From Synechococcus sp. (GTDB taxonomy: Bacteria > Cyanobacteriota > Cyanobacteriia > PCC-6307 > Cyanobiaceae): 64,000 nt of DNA. The notes under the pieces are model-generated. The model did no database searches and was not told where the DNA came from. It saw only the letters and a list, made by a program, of their open reading frames with translations. Numbering within the stretch: position 1 is the stretch's first letter; the number at the start of each line of letters is the position of its first letter. The DNA lies in contig JBJBCN010000003.1 of assembly GCA_047285805.1 (NCBI GenBank), forward strand, positions 160,001-224,000, in the 5' to 3' direction. Shown in pieces: positions 22,341-32,307 of the stretch. The position numbers and the translations under genes were made by a program.

Positions 22341-25004
22341 TCAAGAGTCGGAGGGGCTTTGGAGCAGTAACGATTGGCGCCGCAGGCCCACCATCGCCAA
22401 GGGCCGAGCCAGGCGCCCTGAGAACCACTGCTGCAGCTGTTCCGGCTTCAAACTGCGGCCGGCAGGATCCACCACTGCGCTGTAGCGAAGCCCCTGAAGA
22501 TCGGGATCGTCCGCCAAACGGGGGAGCAGCTCCAGCGCGGTGAGGTATGGCCTTAGGTCCCGTTGCCGGGGCCGCCCCTTCTTATCGGTGTCCTCCCAAA
22601 TCCAACTCTCCTGGCCCAAAAGATCAGCCGCCGCCGCCGCCCATTCCTCGGATGTCGCCTTGGCCTGGCCATGCTCCACTCGCCACTGAACGGCCCAGAT
22701 CGCACCTGAGAGCTCCTGCGAGAGGCTGGAGCCAAAGACCTCCACGGGCTGGACCTCGAGTAGCGCGAAACCAGGGGGCAGTTGGCGCTGAAGCTGCTGG
22801 CGAGCCGGCTCTGAATCCAGCGGAGCCGTGAACTCGACATCCATCCATTCCCCATCCGCTTCGGCGCCCAGGGGCAGAGCCAAAGCGAACTGCACCCGCG
22901 GCAAGGGGTGGAAGCCCCCCGTAAAACTCACCGGCAGCCCCGAGCGGCGCAGGGCGCGCTCCATCAGACGCACCAGATCCAGGTGGCTGAGCAAAGCCAA
23001 GGAACCCGTCTTGGCAAAGCGGAAGCGCAGGCGTTGGACCCGCTCGCTGGCGGGAGGACGCTGAGGAAGGGGCTCCGGAATCTCAGGCGGAGCGACCACC
23101 ACGTTGTGACCCAACTCAGGGCCGCAGACCCCGCAGCTGCTACAACCCTCAAAGGAGCAGTCCGGAACCACCGCCGCCGCCAGGGCATTGCGCAGGTCCT
23201 CAGCCAGCCAGCTTTTCTCCACCCCTGAATCGATGTGATCCCAGGGCAGGGGCTGGGCGCAGAAGGCCGCCAGGTCGCTGGGGTCCATGCCCTCGGCGGA
23301 ACTCCACTCCCCTATCTCGTGCTCGCGGTAACGCCCGCCCAACTCCGCCGCCTCGATGGCATCGGTCCAGGCCTGATACGTGCGGTCCGCGGCTTCAAAC
23401 CAGGCATCCAGCCCTGCACCAGCCCGCCAAGCCGCCTCGATCACAGGCGCGAGACGGCGGTCACCTCGACCGACAAAGTCCTCCATCGCCGAAAGGCGCA
23501 CATCGGTGAAATTCGTCTTCAGGCCACGCAACTGGCGCAGGGCTTCGCGCAACAGCTGCTGACGACGCACGAATTCAGCCGTGCTGACGCTGTGCCACTG
23601 GAACGGGGTGTGGGGCTTGGGCGTGAAGTTGCTGATGGTCAGGTTCAGTTCCAACCGTCCCAGGTCCCGGCACTGCTGCTGCAACGACCGGCAGGTCTCG
23701 GCGATGCCCAGAACGTCGGCATCGGTTTCACCGGGCAGGCCGATCATGAAATAGAGCTTGATCTTGCGGTAGCCGCTCTCCATGGCGGTGCGAATGCCCC
23801 GCAGCAGCTCTGCATCCGTAAGCCCCTTATTGACGATGTCCCGCAAACGCTGGGTGCCGGCTTCGGGCGCGAAGGTCAGACCTGCCCGCCGGGTGCCGCC
23901 CAGGATGTGGGCAATGTTGCTGTCGAAGCGATCAACCCGCTGACTCGGCAGGGTCAAGGTGACGTTCTTGTCCGCCAAGCGGTTGCGCAACTCCACCCCC
24001 ACCGCGGGCAGCGCCAAGTAGTCCGAACAGCTCAGCGAGAGCAGGGAGAAGTCGGAATACCCCGTGCGCTCCATGCCCGTCTCAATGGCCTCTACCACGG
24101 CCTGCGGTTCCGCGTCCCGGGCCGGACGGGTCAACATCCCTGGCTGGCAGAAGCGACAACCGCGGGTGCAGCCGCGGCGGATTTCGACGGTGAGACGATC
24201 GTGCACCGTCTCGATATGGGGGACCAGACCCATCGCGTAGTGGGGCATGGGCGTCGCGGTGCGGCGCATGACCCGCTTGGGCACCCCCGGATGCAGGGGC
24301 TGCTGGCTCACCCCATCGGGGCCCGGCCGGTATAGGGATGGGACATAGACCCCCGGCACATGGGCCAGGTCCCGCAACAAGGCACTGCGGCTCAACCCCG
24401 CAGCCTTGGCCTCAGCCACCACCAGACCCAGCTCTGGCAACACCTCTTCGCCATCGCCCAGCACTATGAAGTCGAAGAACGCCGCGAAGGGCTCCGGGTT
24501 GCTTGTGGCGGTGGGACCGCCGGCAAAGATCAGTGGAGGGGCGGCCGGATCCGCAAGGGGCAGATCGCCGCGATCAGCGGCCCGAATCGGCACATGGGCC
24601 AACTCCAACATCGCCAGGATGTTGGTGGCCCCCAACTCGTAACTGAGAGAGAAGCCGAGGATGTCGAAGGCAGGCAGCGGCCGGCGACTCTCCACAGCAA
24701 AGAGAGGCTGTCCCCGCTCGCGCAAGCGCTCCGCGAGATCCGGGCCTGGCAGATAACTGCGGTCACAGAGCTGGCCAGGAACGCTGTTGAGAATCGAATA
24801 GAGAATGATGTGGCCTGTGTTGCTGGAGCCGACCTCGTAGATCTCGGGGTAGGTGAGGGCCCAGCGCACGGCAGCGGCGGGCCAGACCTGATTCCAGTCC
24901 CGCTCCTGCACCCCCAGTTCATTGCCGAGATAGCGGCCCGGCTTGGCAATGCTGCGATCCACCAGGGTGTCGAAATCCACCGGTGCGTCGAAAACGGTGG
25001 TCAC
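22341..25004 (-). CDS. TIGR03960 radical SAM protein fused to a TIGR03936 (DUF2344) domain
   Basis: KPGRYLGNE, RGCTRGCRFCQ, TFAPEAGTQRLR, C-terminal FAKTG..LSHLD..GGFHPLP; start approximate. Confidence 0.88.
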   Translation of the reverse strand: MTTVFDAPVDFDTLVDRSIAKPGRYLGNELGVQERDWNQVWPAAAVRWALTYPEIYEVGSSNTGHIILYSILNSVPGQLCDRSYLPGPDLAERLRERGQPLFAVESRRPLPAFDILGFSLSYELGATNILAMLELAHVPIRAADRGDLPLADPAAPPLIFAGGPTATSNPEPFAAFFDFIVLGDGEEVLPELGLVVAEAKAAGLSRSALLRDLAHVPGVYVPSLYRPGPDGVSQQPLHPGVPKRVMRRTATPMPHYAMGLVPHIETVHDRLTVEIRRGCTRGCRFCQPGMLTRPARDAEPQAVVEAIETGMERTGYSDFSLLSLSCSDYLALPAVGVELRNRLADKNVTLTLPSQRVDRFDSNIAHILGGTRRAGLTFAPEAGTQRLRDIVNKGLTDAELLRGIRTAMESGYRKIKLYFMIGLPGETDADVLGIAETCRSLQQQCRDLGRLELNLTISNFTPKPHTPFQWHSVSTAEFVRRQQLLREALRQLRGLKTNFTDVRLSAMEDFVGRGDRRLAPVIEAAWRAGAGLDAWFEAADRTYQAWTDAIEAAELGGRYREHEIGEWSSAEGMDPSDLAAFCAQPLPWDHIDSGVEKSWLAEDLRNALAAAVVPDCSFEGCSSCGVCGPELGHNVVVAPPEIPEPLPQRPPASERVQRLRFRFAKTGSLALLSHLDLVRLMERALRRSGLPVSFTGGFHPLPRVQFALALPLGAEADGEWMDVEFTAPLDSEPARQQLQRQLPPGFALLEVQPVEVFGSSLSQELSGAIWAVQWRVEHGQAKATSEEWAAAAADLLGQESWIWEDTDKKGRPRQRDLRPYLTALELLPRLADDPDLQGLRYSAVVDPAGRSLKPEQLQQWFSGRLARPLAMVGLRRQSLLLQSPSDS

Positions 25005-25114
25005 AGCAGCAGGCCTGGCACTGACTTGATCGTATGCAGAGGCAGCCCCAGGGGGCCCCCTCCACGTAGGACAATCCGGCCAGTACAACCGGGCCCTCGT
25101 GGCCCCTCGGTGAG

Positions 25115-26365
25115 ATGGCCCAGGTCAACGGCAACTACCTCAAGCTCAAAGCGGGCTACCTCTTCCCGGAGATCGCACGGCGCGTCAAGGCCTTCAGCGA
25201 AGCCAACCCGAACGCTCCGATCATTCGCCTCGGGATTGGCGATGTCACCGAGCCCCTGCCGGAGGCCTGCCGCAATGCCATGAAGTCGGCCGTCGACGAG
25301 ATGGGGACCCGTGAAGGCTTCCACGGGTACGGCCCCGAGCAGGGTTACGGCTGGCTGCGCGAGAAAATCGCGACTAATGATTTCCAGGCCCGCGGCTGCA
25401 ACATCAGCGCCGAGGAGATCTTTGTCTCCGACGGCTCCAAGTGCGATAGCTCGAACATCCTGGACATCCTGGGCGCCGGCAACCGCATCGCCGTCACCGA
25501 TCCCGTCTACCCGGTGTATGTCGACAGCAACGTCATGGCAGGCCACACGGGCGACGCCGATGACGCCGGCCAGTACGGCGGTTTGACCTACCTGCCAATC
25601 AGTGCCGACAACGGCTTCACCGCCCAGATCCCCAGCGAGAAGATGGATCTGATCTATCTCTGCTTCCCCAACAACCCCACCGGTGCGGTGGCCTCCAAGG
25701 AGCAGCTCAAGGCCTGGGTGGACTACGCCCGCGCCAACGACGCCCTTATCCTGTTTGACGCGGCCTATGAGGCCTTCATTCAGGACCCATCCCTGCCCCA
25801 CTCCATCTATGAGATCGAGGGCGCCCGCGAGTGCGCCATTGAGTTCCGCTCCTTCTCCAAGAATGCAGGCTTCACTGGCACCCGCTGCGCCCTGACCGTG
25901 GTGCCCCGCGGCCTGATGGGCACTGCGGCGAACGGCGAGAAAGTGGAACTCTGGGGCCTTTGGAACCGCCGCCAGTGCACCAAGTTCAATGGTGTCAGCT
26001 ACATCGTTCAGCGGGGTGCCGAAGCGGTCTACTCCGCTGAAGGTCAGGCCCAGGTGAAAGGGCTGATCAGCTTCTACATGGAGAACGCCGCCATCATTCG
26101 CCGCGAACTCAGCGGTGCCGGCCTGACGGTCTACGGCGGCGAACAGGCCCCCTACGTGTGGATCAAAACCCCCGCAGGCGTGGACTCCTGGGGCTTCTTC
26201 GATCTGCTTCTCAACAAGGCCAACGTGGTCGGCACCCCCGGCAGTGGTTTTGGTGCCGCCGGCGAGGGCTACTTCCGTCTTTCGGCCTTCAACAGCCGCG
26301 AGAACGTCAACGAAGCCATGCGCCGGATCAAGGAAGCTCTGACCCCCGCCGCAGCTGCCGCCTAA
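25115..26365 (+). CDS. dapL: LL-diaminopimelate aminotransferase
   Basis: [42 protein letters not shown]. Confidence 0.96.
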   Translation: MAQVNGNYLKLKAGYLFPEIARRVKAFSEANPNAPIIRLGIGDVTEPLPEACRNAMKSAVDEMGTREGFHGYGPEQGYGWLREKIATNDFQARGCNISAEEIFVSDGSKCDSSNILDILGAGNRIAVTDPVYPVYVDSNVMAGHTGDADDAGQYGGLTYLPISADNGFTAQIPSEKMDLIYLCFPNNPTGAVASKEQLKAWVDYARANDALILFDAAYEAFIQDPSLPHSIYEIEGARECAIEFRSFSKNAGFTGTRCALTVVPRGLMGTAANGEKVELWGLWNRRQCTKFNGVSYIVQRGAEAVYSAEGQAQVKGLISFYMENAAIIRRELSGAGLTVYGGEQAPYVWIKTPAGVDSWGFFDLLLNKANVVGTPGSGFGAAGEGYFRLSAFNSRENVNEAMRRIKEALTPAAAAA

Positions 26366-26410
26366 GGCGCTGCCTAAAGTCCCTAACTCGTCATGCCGGA
26401 GCTGATCAGG

Positions 26411-26731
26411 ATGATCCGATCAACTCAGGCGCCTAGCCGCGAAAGCGGTGGCGCCGCTGTGATGGAGAAAGCGCCGGAGCGGGTGCGCAAGCCCTCGCCC
26501 CGCTACAAGGTGCTGCTCCACAACGACCCGGTGAACACCATGGAATACGTGGTGAGCACCCTGCGGCAGGTGGTGCCCTCCCTCAGTGAGCAGGACGCCA
26601 TCGCCGTGATGATGGAGGCCCACAACACGGGTGTGGGCCTGGTGATCGTCTGCGATATCGAGCCTGCGGAGTTTTACAGCGAAACCCTCAAGGCCAAGGG
26701 GCTGACGAGCACGATCGAGCCCGAAGAGTGA
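26411..26731 (+). CDS. clpS: ATP-dependent Clp protease adaptor ClpS
   Basis: YKVLLHNDPVNTMEYV, MMEAHNTG; start uncertain (26393/26411). Confidence 0.93.
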   Translation: MIRSTQAPSRESGGAAVMEKAPERVRKPSPRYKVLLHNDPVNTMEYVVSTLRQVVPSLSEQDAIAVMMEAHNTGVGLVIVCDIEPAEFYSETLKAKGLTSTIEPEE

Positions 26732-27546
26732 TGGAGGCGCCCACTAGATCGACCTTGCACTGGTGGGGAACCCTCCTCTATGTGCCCGTGCTCTACGGGC
26801 TGGGATGGTTGAGCGCCAGGCCGCTGGCCCTGCTCTTTCCACAATGGCGCCCCGACCAGGTGAACCTGGTTGGCGTTGCCTTGGCGCTGCTGTTGCTGCT
26901 GCTCACCCTTCCTGGGCGTCTGCGCCAGGGCTGGGGCGTCGAGCATCCCTGGCAAACACTTGGGGTTGTCCTGCCTGCTTCAGCCGGCCTGCGCGCGTTC
27001 CTGCGGGGCTTTCTCAAAGCGGCAGCACTTCTCTTTGGCGTGGTGGTCGTCCTTCTGCTCAGTGGCCAAAGCCACTGGCAAGGCCGAATCACCACGGGAG
27101 AAATCCTCAATGCCATCGCCCTGCTCCTGGGGGTGGGCTTTGCCGAGGAATTGATCTTTCGCGGTTGGCTCTGGGGTGAGCTGGAACTGCTCGGGGGACG
27201 GCAGCGGGCGATCGGGCTGCAGGCCGCCTTCTTTGCCCTGGTGCATCCCTGGTATCAGCTTCCCGCCTTCGAAGCCATCGGCTTGCTGGTGGGGCTGGTG
27301 CTCCTGGGAGTTGCCCTGGCCCTACAACGCCGCGCCGATCACGGTGCGTTGTGGGGCTCGGTGGGACTCCACGGCGGATTGGTCGGCGGCTGGTTCGCGC
27401 TCCAAGCCGGCCTAATCAGCGTTCCGGAGGCTGGTCCGGCCTGGCTGCTCGGTCCGGGAGGCGCTAGCCCCAATCCCATCGGAGGCTTGCTCGGCTGGGC
27501 AGGCCTGACGGGCTTAATCCTGGTGCGTCGCCGCTGGTGGCGCTGA
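26728..27546 (+). CDS. CPBP (Abi/CAAX) family intramembrane metalloprotease
   Basis: AEELIFRG, FFALVH, GLHG motifs; multiple TM segments. Confidence 0.88.
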   Translation: MMEAPTRSTLHWWGTLLYVPVLYGLGWLSARPLALLFPQWRPDQVNLVGVALALLLLLLTLPGRLRQGWGVEHPWQTLGVVLPASAGLRAFLRGFLKAAALLFGVVVVLLLSGQSHWQGRITTGEILNAIALLLGVGFAEELIFRGWLWGELELLGGRQRAIGLQAAFFALVHPWYQLPAFEAIGLLVGLVLLGVALALQRRADHGALWGSVGLHGGLVGGWFALQAGLISVPEAGPAWLLGPGGASPNPIGGLLGWAGLTGLILVRRRWWR

Positions 27547-27547
27547 G

Positions 27548-29134
27548 TTAGCGGGTCGCCGTCGCCAAAGCCTTTCGACCTTCCACGGGAGCGCGAAGCG
27601 CTTCTTCCAGTGGAGCGGTGCCGTAGTCGCGCTCGAGCAGATCCATCACGGTGCGACCGAAATCTGCGGGATTCCGCTCAAAGGCTTCCAAACAGATGCG
27701 GCCAAAGGTGCTGCCCATCGGCTCGGGATTCCAAAGGAGTTGCCGCGCCGTCCAGGGCAGCATGCTCATCGGGTTGTAGCCCGGCTTGATCAGCCCCTGA
27801 TCGAAGCCGTACTGCTCGAGATGGGTGTGGGGCTGCAGGCCGATGAAAAAGATCGCCGGCTCCACCTTGTCGGCGCCAAAAATCCGCTCCAGCTCACGGT
27901 GGTAAGCGACGGTTTGGCGGATCGTCTCGGGCCGTTCGTCGATGACGTTGAACGAGTAGTTGACTGAGACGTGTTCACGGAACCCGGCCTCGGCTAGCAG
28001 GCGGCAGTTCTCGAGGACGGTGCGCAGGTTGTAGCCCATCCGCATCTTGCGCACGAGCTCCTGGGATCCCGAGGTAATGCCGATCTCGAAGTAGTCCATG
28101 CCCGTCTCGACCATCAGCAGGGCGAGCTCGGCGTCGAGATTGTCAGCTCGGATGTAGGCCGCCCAGCGAATGTCGTTCCAGCCCTGGGCTTTCACTGCCC
28201 GTAGCAGCTCCTTGGCGTCGTCGATGTAGCGACGGGCCGGAATGAATTGGGCATCCGTGAACCAGAAACCGCGAACCCCGCGCCGATAGAGCTGATGCAT
28301 CTCAGCGATCACCTCATCGACGGGATTCACCCGGACCGCCTTGCCCTCAACGACCGTGTAGACGCAGTAGCAGCAGTTGTGGGGGCAGCCCCTCTTCGTC
28401 TGAACACCGACGTAGAAGTCCCCCCCATCGAGGTACCAATCGAGCTGCGGCCAGATCGAGGCGATGTAGTCGTAGTCGCAGGCTGTCTTCTCCATGCCGG
28501 AGGGCTGCTCGTGAATCAAGCCCGGCCGTGGCGCGTTTCCCGCCAGGAAACAGCGCTCATTGGCGAGGGACTCCCCGCGCAGGAGCTTCTCGAGAAGCGG
28601 CTCGCCCTCACCGACGGAGACGACGGTGCCGCGGGGGAGACGTTTGCCGAGCTGTTCGTAGAAGACACTGACGGCGCCGCCGCCTAGGACCGCCTGAGCC
28701 CCGGGGTGATGGCGCCGCGCCCGCCTCAAGCCGCGGCGCACCAGGCGCAGATTGCGCCAGAGCTCGCCATAGAAAGACGCCATCAGGCGTAAGCCACCGA
28801 AGGCACCGCGCAGCCGGCGGACCGGATTCAGGGCGTAGAAAACCTCAAAGGAGTTCTGGAGCGGATTGCCCCCGCGACCATCCACCGGGGCATAGATCTG
28901 GATATCTCGCCAGGAGAACACCAGAACCGTGGGCCGGAAGCTCTCGATGCGCTCCAGCAGGACGGCCTCGACATCCAAGAGGGGCACAGCCGCCAGATCG
29001 AGGATTTGCTGCGGCAAATCCGGGAACTGCTTATGCAAGTGATCGGCCAGGTAAACGGGGCCGATCGGGAAAATTGGATTGCAGGGGAGCCGCACGAGCA
29101 ACACCCGCTGATCAGATGGCGGTAGTGGTCTCAA
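27548..29134 (-). CDS. B12-binding radical SAM protein (PSII high-light acclimation, Slr0320-like)
   Basis: LVRLPCNPIFPIGPVYLADH, KRGCPHNCCYC; TTG start approximate. Confidence 0.85.
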   Translation of the reverse strand: MRPLPPSDQRVLLVRLPCNPIFPIGPVYLADHLHKQFPDLPQQILDLAAVPLLDVEAVLLERIESFRPTVLVFSWRDIQIYAPVDGRGGNPLQNSFEVFYALNPVRRLRGAFGGLRLMASFYGELWRNLRLVRRGLRRARRHHPGAQAVLGGGAVSVFYEQLGKRLPRGTVVSVGEGEPLLEKLLRGESLANERCFLAGNAPRPGLIHEQPSGMEKTACDYDYIASIWPQLDWYLDGGDFYVGVQTKRGCPHNCCYCVYTVVEGKAVRVNPVDEVIAEMHQLYRRGVRGFWFTDAQFIPARRYIDDAKELLRAVKAQGWNDIRWAAYIRADNLDAELALLMVETGMDYFEIGITSGSQELVRKMRMGYNLRTVLENCRLLAEAGFREHVSVNYSFNVIDERPETIRQTVAYHRELERIFGADKVEPAIFFIGLQPHTHLEQYGFDQGLIKPGYNPMSMLPWTARQLLWNPEPMGSTFGRICLEAFERNPADFGRTVMDLLERDYGTAPLEEALRAPVEGRKALATATR

Positions 29135-29162
29135 GCTGCGACGCCCGTGGCGAAGTTGGACG

Positions 29163-30167
29163 CTAACAAGCAGCTCTTGTCCAGCGTTGCTGGAGGGTTT
29201 GATCCACCAGCTCCACCGTTCTCCCCAGGCCATGGGGCAAGCGCGGCCACCACTGACGGTGGACACAGGTTCGGGGGGCGAGCTGCCGGCCGGACGCCTC
29301 CACAACCGCCCGCAGGGCTTCAATCCTTGGCTGCGGATAGGCCGGATTGATCACGTCGGCCAGATCGATTCCACCGAGGTCATCAATGCCAGCGGCCAAA
29401 GCAGCCGGAAGCGCATCAAGGGGCCAAAGGTTCGGGGGAGTCTGGAGATGGACCTCGCGCGGCAACAGGGCACGGGCCGCCGCAATCAGCTCCAACAGAT
29501 CGGCTTGTTCCTGGGCGTTGAGGACAACAGCGGAGGCGCCATCGGGACGCCAAGGCTGAAGGATCACCTCCTGGAGATGTCCCCAACGCAGCTGCAAATC
29601 GCGAAGCAGTGCAAGGGCCTCCAAGCGGTCGGCGCGGGTCTCGCCCACCCCCAGCAAGAGCCCCGTCGTGAAGGGAATGCACAGGCGGCCGGCTTGCTCC
29701 AGCTGGGCCAAGCGAACCTCCAGGCGTTTGCTGGGGGCGTGGGCATGCAACGGGGTATAGGCCGGCCCAAGGCCTTCGAGCATCAAGCCAAGCGATGGAT
29801 TGCAGCGGCCAAGCCGAGCCATCTCCCTGACACTCAGAGGGCCGGCATTCGTGTGGGGCAACCGTCCTTGAGCCAAGGCGAGCTGGCTGAACTGCACTAA
29901 GCGGTCGAACCAGACACCGCGGCGCGGCGAGCCCGGTGCCTCCTCGCCACTGAGGAGCAGCACCTCGGCGGCACCCGGCCGCTGAGCGAGCTGCTGCTGG
30001 GCAAGCTCAAGCGAGAGGGGAACGGCTAAATCCGGGGAAACGCGAAAGCTGCAGTAGGCGCAACGGTTGAAACAGCCGTGGGTGGGCACCAGCGTGACGC
30101 TGGGGCTCCAGGTGACAACAGGAGCGGAGCCCACTGGCGAAGCACTGAAAAGGGGAGCTGATGTCAC
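29163..30167 (-). CDS. cofG: FO synthase subunit CofG
   Basis: VTWSP..THGCFNRCAYCSF, PHTNAG, SLGLMLE, PFTTGLLLGVGE, QTPPNL, DDLGG. Confidence 0.88.
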   Translation of the reverse strand: MTSAPLFSASPVGSAPVVTWSPSVTLVPTHGCFNRCAYCSFRVSPDLAVPLSLELAQQQLAQRPGAAEVLLLSGEEAPGSPRRGVWFDRLVQFSQLALAQGRLPHTNAGPLSVREMARLGRCNPSLGLMLEGLGPAYTPLHAHAPSKRLEVRLAQLEQAGRLCIPFTTGLLLGVGETRADRLEALALLRDLQLRWGHLQEVILQPWRPDGASAVVLNAQEQADLLELIAAARALLPREVHLQTPPNLWPLDALPAALAAGIDDLGGIDLADVINPAYPQPRIEALRAVVEASGRQLAPRTCVHRQWWPRLPHGLGRTVELVDQTLQQRWTRAAC

Positions 30168-30238
30168 CGATTAGCAGCGCTGAGCGCGCTGGAACCTGAG
30201 AACGCGTTAACGCGGCGCAATGTGGCGCAAACATCCGT

Positions 30239-30322
30239 TACATTGGCTTTGGCAGGACGGGTTACCGACCTGTCCTTCCCTAACCGCCACGCGTTCGCGC
30301 AAGGCCCTTCTTTCCCGTACTC
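30239..30322 (+). promoter_or_regulatory. psbA -10 element and structured 5' UTR (PhotoRC-I-like hairpin candidate)
   Basis: TACATT at 30239-30244 followed by hairpin GGCAGG-A-CGG-GTTA-CCG-A-CCTGTC at 30251-30274. Confidence 0.5.
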
Positions 30323-31402
30323 ATGACGACCACCATCCAGCAGCGCCAAGGCGCTTCTGCGTGGAACCAGTTCTGCGAGTGGGTCACCAGCACCGACAAC
30401 CGCCTCTATGTGGGTTGGTTCGGCGTCCTGATGATTCCTTGCCTGCTGGCAGCCACCATCTGCTTCATCGTTGCGTTCATCGCAGCACCCCCCGTCGACA
30501 TCGACGGCATCCGTGAGCCTGTTGCTGGCTCCCTGATCTACGGAAACAACATCATCTCTGGTGCTGTTATCCCCTCCAGCAACGCCATCGGCCTGCACTT
30601 CTATCCCATCTGGGAAGCCGCCAGCCTCGACGAGTGGCTGTACAACGGCGGTCCTTTCCAGCTGGTTGTTTTCCACTTCCTCATCGGCATCTACGCCTAC
30701 ATGGGTCGTGAGTGGGAACTCTCCTATCGCCTCGGCATGCGCCCCTGGATCTGCGTTGCTTACAGCGCACCCGTGGCTGCTGCTTCCGCAGTGTTCCTGG
30801 TGTACCCCTTCGGTCAGGGCTCCTTCTCGGACGCCATGCCCCTGGGCATCTCCGGCACCTTCAACTACATGCTGGTGTTCCAGGCTGAGCACAACATCCT
30901 GATGCACCCCTTCCACATGCTTGGTGTGGCTGGTGTGTTCGGTGGTTCCCTGTTCTCCGCCATGCACGGCTCCCTGGTGACCTCTTACCTGGTGCGTGAA
31001 CCCACCGAGAGTGAGTCCCAGAACTACGGCTACAAGTTCGGCCAAGAGGAAGAGACCTACAACATCGTGGCTGCCCACGGTTACTTCGGTCGCATGATCT
31101 TCCAATACGCCTCCTTCAACAACAGCCGCAGCCTGCACTTCTTCCTGGCTGCCTGGCCTGTTGTTGGCATCTGGTTCACCGCCCTGGGCGTTAGCACCAT
31201 GGCGTTCAACCTGAACGGCTTCAACTTCAACCAGTCGATCCTGGATTCCCAGGGTCGTGTGCTGAACACCTGGGCTGACGTGCTGAACCGCGCCAACCTC
31301 GGTATGGAAGTGATGCACGAGCGCAACGCTCACAACTTCCCCCTCGACCTGGCTGCTGCTGAGTCCACCCCCGTGGCTCTGCAAGCTCCCGCCATCGGCT
31401 GA
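30323..31402 (+). CDS. psbA: Photosystem II reaction centre protein D1, D1:2-type (Glu130)
   Basis: [11 protein letters not shown] region, D170, H190/H198/H215, [14 protein letters not shown]130 encoded at 30710-30712. Confidence 0.99.
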   Translation: MTTTIQQRQGASAWNQFCEWVTSTDNRLYVGWFGVLMIPCLLAATICFIVAFIAAPPVDIDGIREPVAGSLIYGNNIISGAVIPSSNAIGLHFYPIWEAASLDEWLYNGGPFQLVVFHFLIGIYAYMGREWELSYRLGMRPWICVAYSAPVAAASAVFLVYPFGQGSFSDAMPLGISGTFNYMLVFQAEHNILMHPFHMLGVAGVFGGSLFSAMHGSLVTSYLVREPTESESQNYGYKFGQEEETYNIVAAHGYFGRMIFQYASFNNSRSLHFFLAAWPVVGIWFTALGVSTMAFNLNGFNFNQSILDSQGRVLNTWADVLNRANLGMEVMHERNAHNFPLDLAAAESTPVALQAPAIG

Positions 31403-31456
31403 GGCTGAACCCCAACGATTCAGCTTCTTCTCGAACTTCGAGGACTGTTGAATCAG

Positions 31457-31483
31457 AAGCCCCCGCGAAAGCGGGGGCTTTTT
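31457..31483 (+). terminator. Rho-independent terminator after psbA
   Basis: AAGCCCCCGC-GAAA-GCGGGGGCTTTTT. Confidence 0.9.
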
Positions 31484-31594
31484 GTTGTTGGGATGCAGAT
31501 TCCAAGGGAAGGCAGCGGTGAAGCACAGCCTTCAACTCCTCGTAGTCGCGTCGCTCTTACGGAGGGGCTGGAGCGAGTCATGACGCCAAGTGCC

Positions 31595-32248
31595 TTAGGC
31601 CTTCTGCCAAAGGACGGGCTTTCGGCGTTTGGGATAGAGCTCTTGGCAGAGGGGACAGACACGTCCATCACAACTGCGGGCCGTGCAGAACTCCCGCCCG
31701 TAAAAGATGATCTGAAGGTGGAGCTTGTTCCAAGCGTCCTTGGGAAAGAGGCGTTTGAGATCCGTCTCGGTGCGAGAAACGCTCTCACCACTGCTCAAAC
31801 CCCAACGTTGGGCCAAGCGATGAATGTGGGTGTCCACGGGAAAGGCGGGCACACCAAAGGCCTGGGCTATCACCACGCTGGCGGTTTTATGGCCCACTCC
31901 GGGGAGCGCCTCCAATGCGGCAAAACTGGCGGGGACTGCACCGCCGTGGCGCTCAAGCAACAATTCCGCGAGGCGCTTGACGTTGCGGGCTTTCGTTTTC
32001 GCGAGACCTAGCTGACGGATATAGCCCAGGATTGCGGCCTCCGGTAAATCAGCCATCGCCTGGGGCGTTGGTCCTGCGGCGAACAACGCAGGGGTGACCT
32101 CATTGACCTTTTTGTCGGTGCATTGGGCACTGAGCAGCACCGCAATCAACAAGGTGAAGGGATCGCTGTGATCCAGAGGAACCGGCGTCTCGGGGTAATG
32201 CTCTTCAAGACGGCGCATGATCAACGCCGCTCGCTCCTGCTTCCTCAA
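31595..32248 (-). CDS. nth: Endonuclease III
   Basis: [17 protein letters not shown] HhH motif, VDTHIHR, C-terminal Cys cluster. Confidence 0.96.
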   Translation of the reverse strand: MRKQERAALIMRRLEEHYPETPVPLDHSDPFTLLIAVLLSAQCTDKKVNEVTPALFAAGPTPQAMADLPEAAILGYIRQLGLAKTKARNVKRLAELLLERHGGAVPASFAALEALPGVGHKTASVVIAQAFGVPAFPVDTHIHRLAQRWGLSSGESVSRTETDLKRLFPKDAWNKLHLQIIFYGREFCTARSCDGRVCPLCQELYPKRRKPVLWQKA

Positions 32249-32307
32249 GACGGGACGCTGCTGCAACCAAAGCCCAGTTTGTAGGCTCGCTTCAGCGCAG
32301 TCAGCCC

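Noticed and set aside
26728..30167. RiPP-like cluster (CPBP protease plus radical SAM genes)
   Set aside because: The genes are recognisable core picocyanobacterial genes in opposing orientations, and no precursor peptide was found
30164..31384. 406-aa ORF antisense to psbA
   Set aside because: Typical mirror frame of a highly biased gene; no independent coding evidence
30323..31402. Rogue, sentinel or chlorophyll f synthase-type D1
   Set aside because: D170, E189, H332, E333, D342 and A344 are all present and the C-terminal processing region is normal
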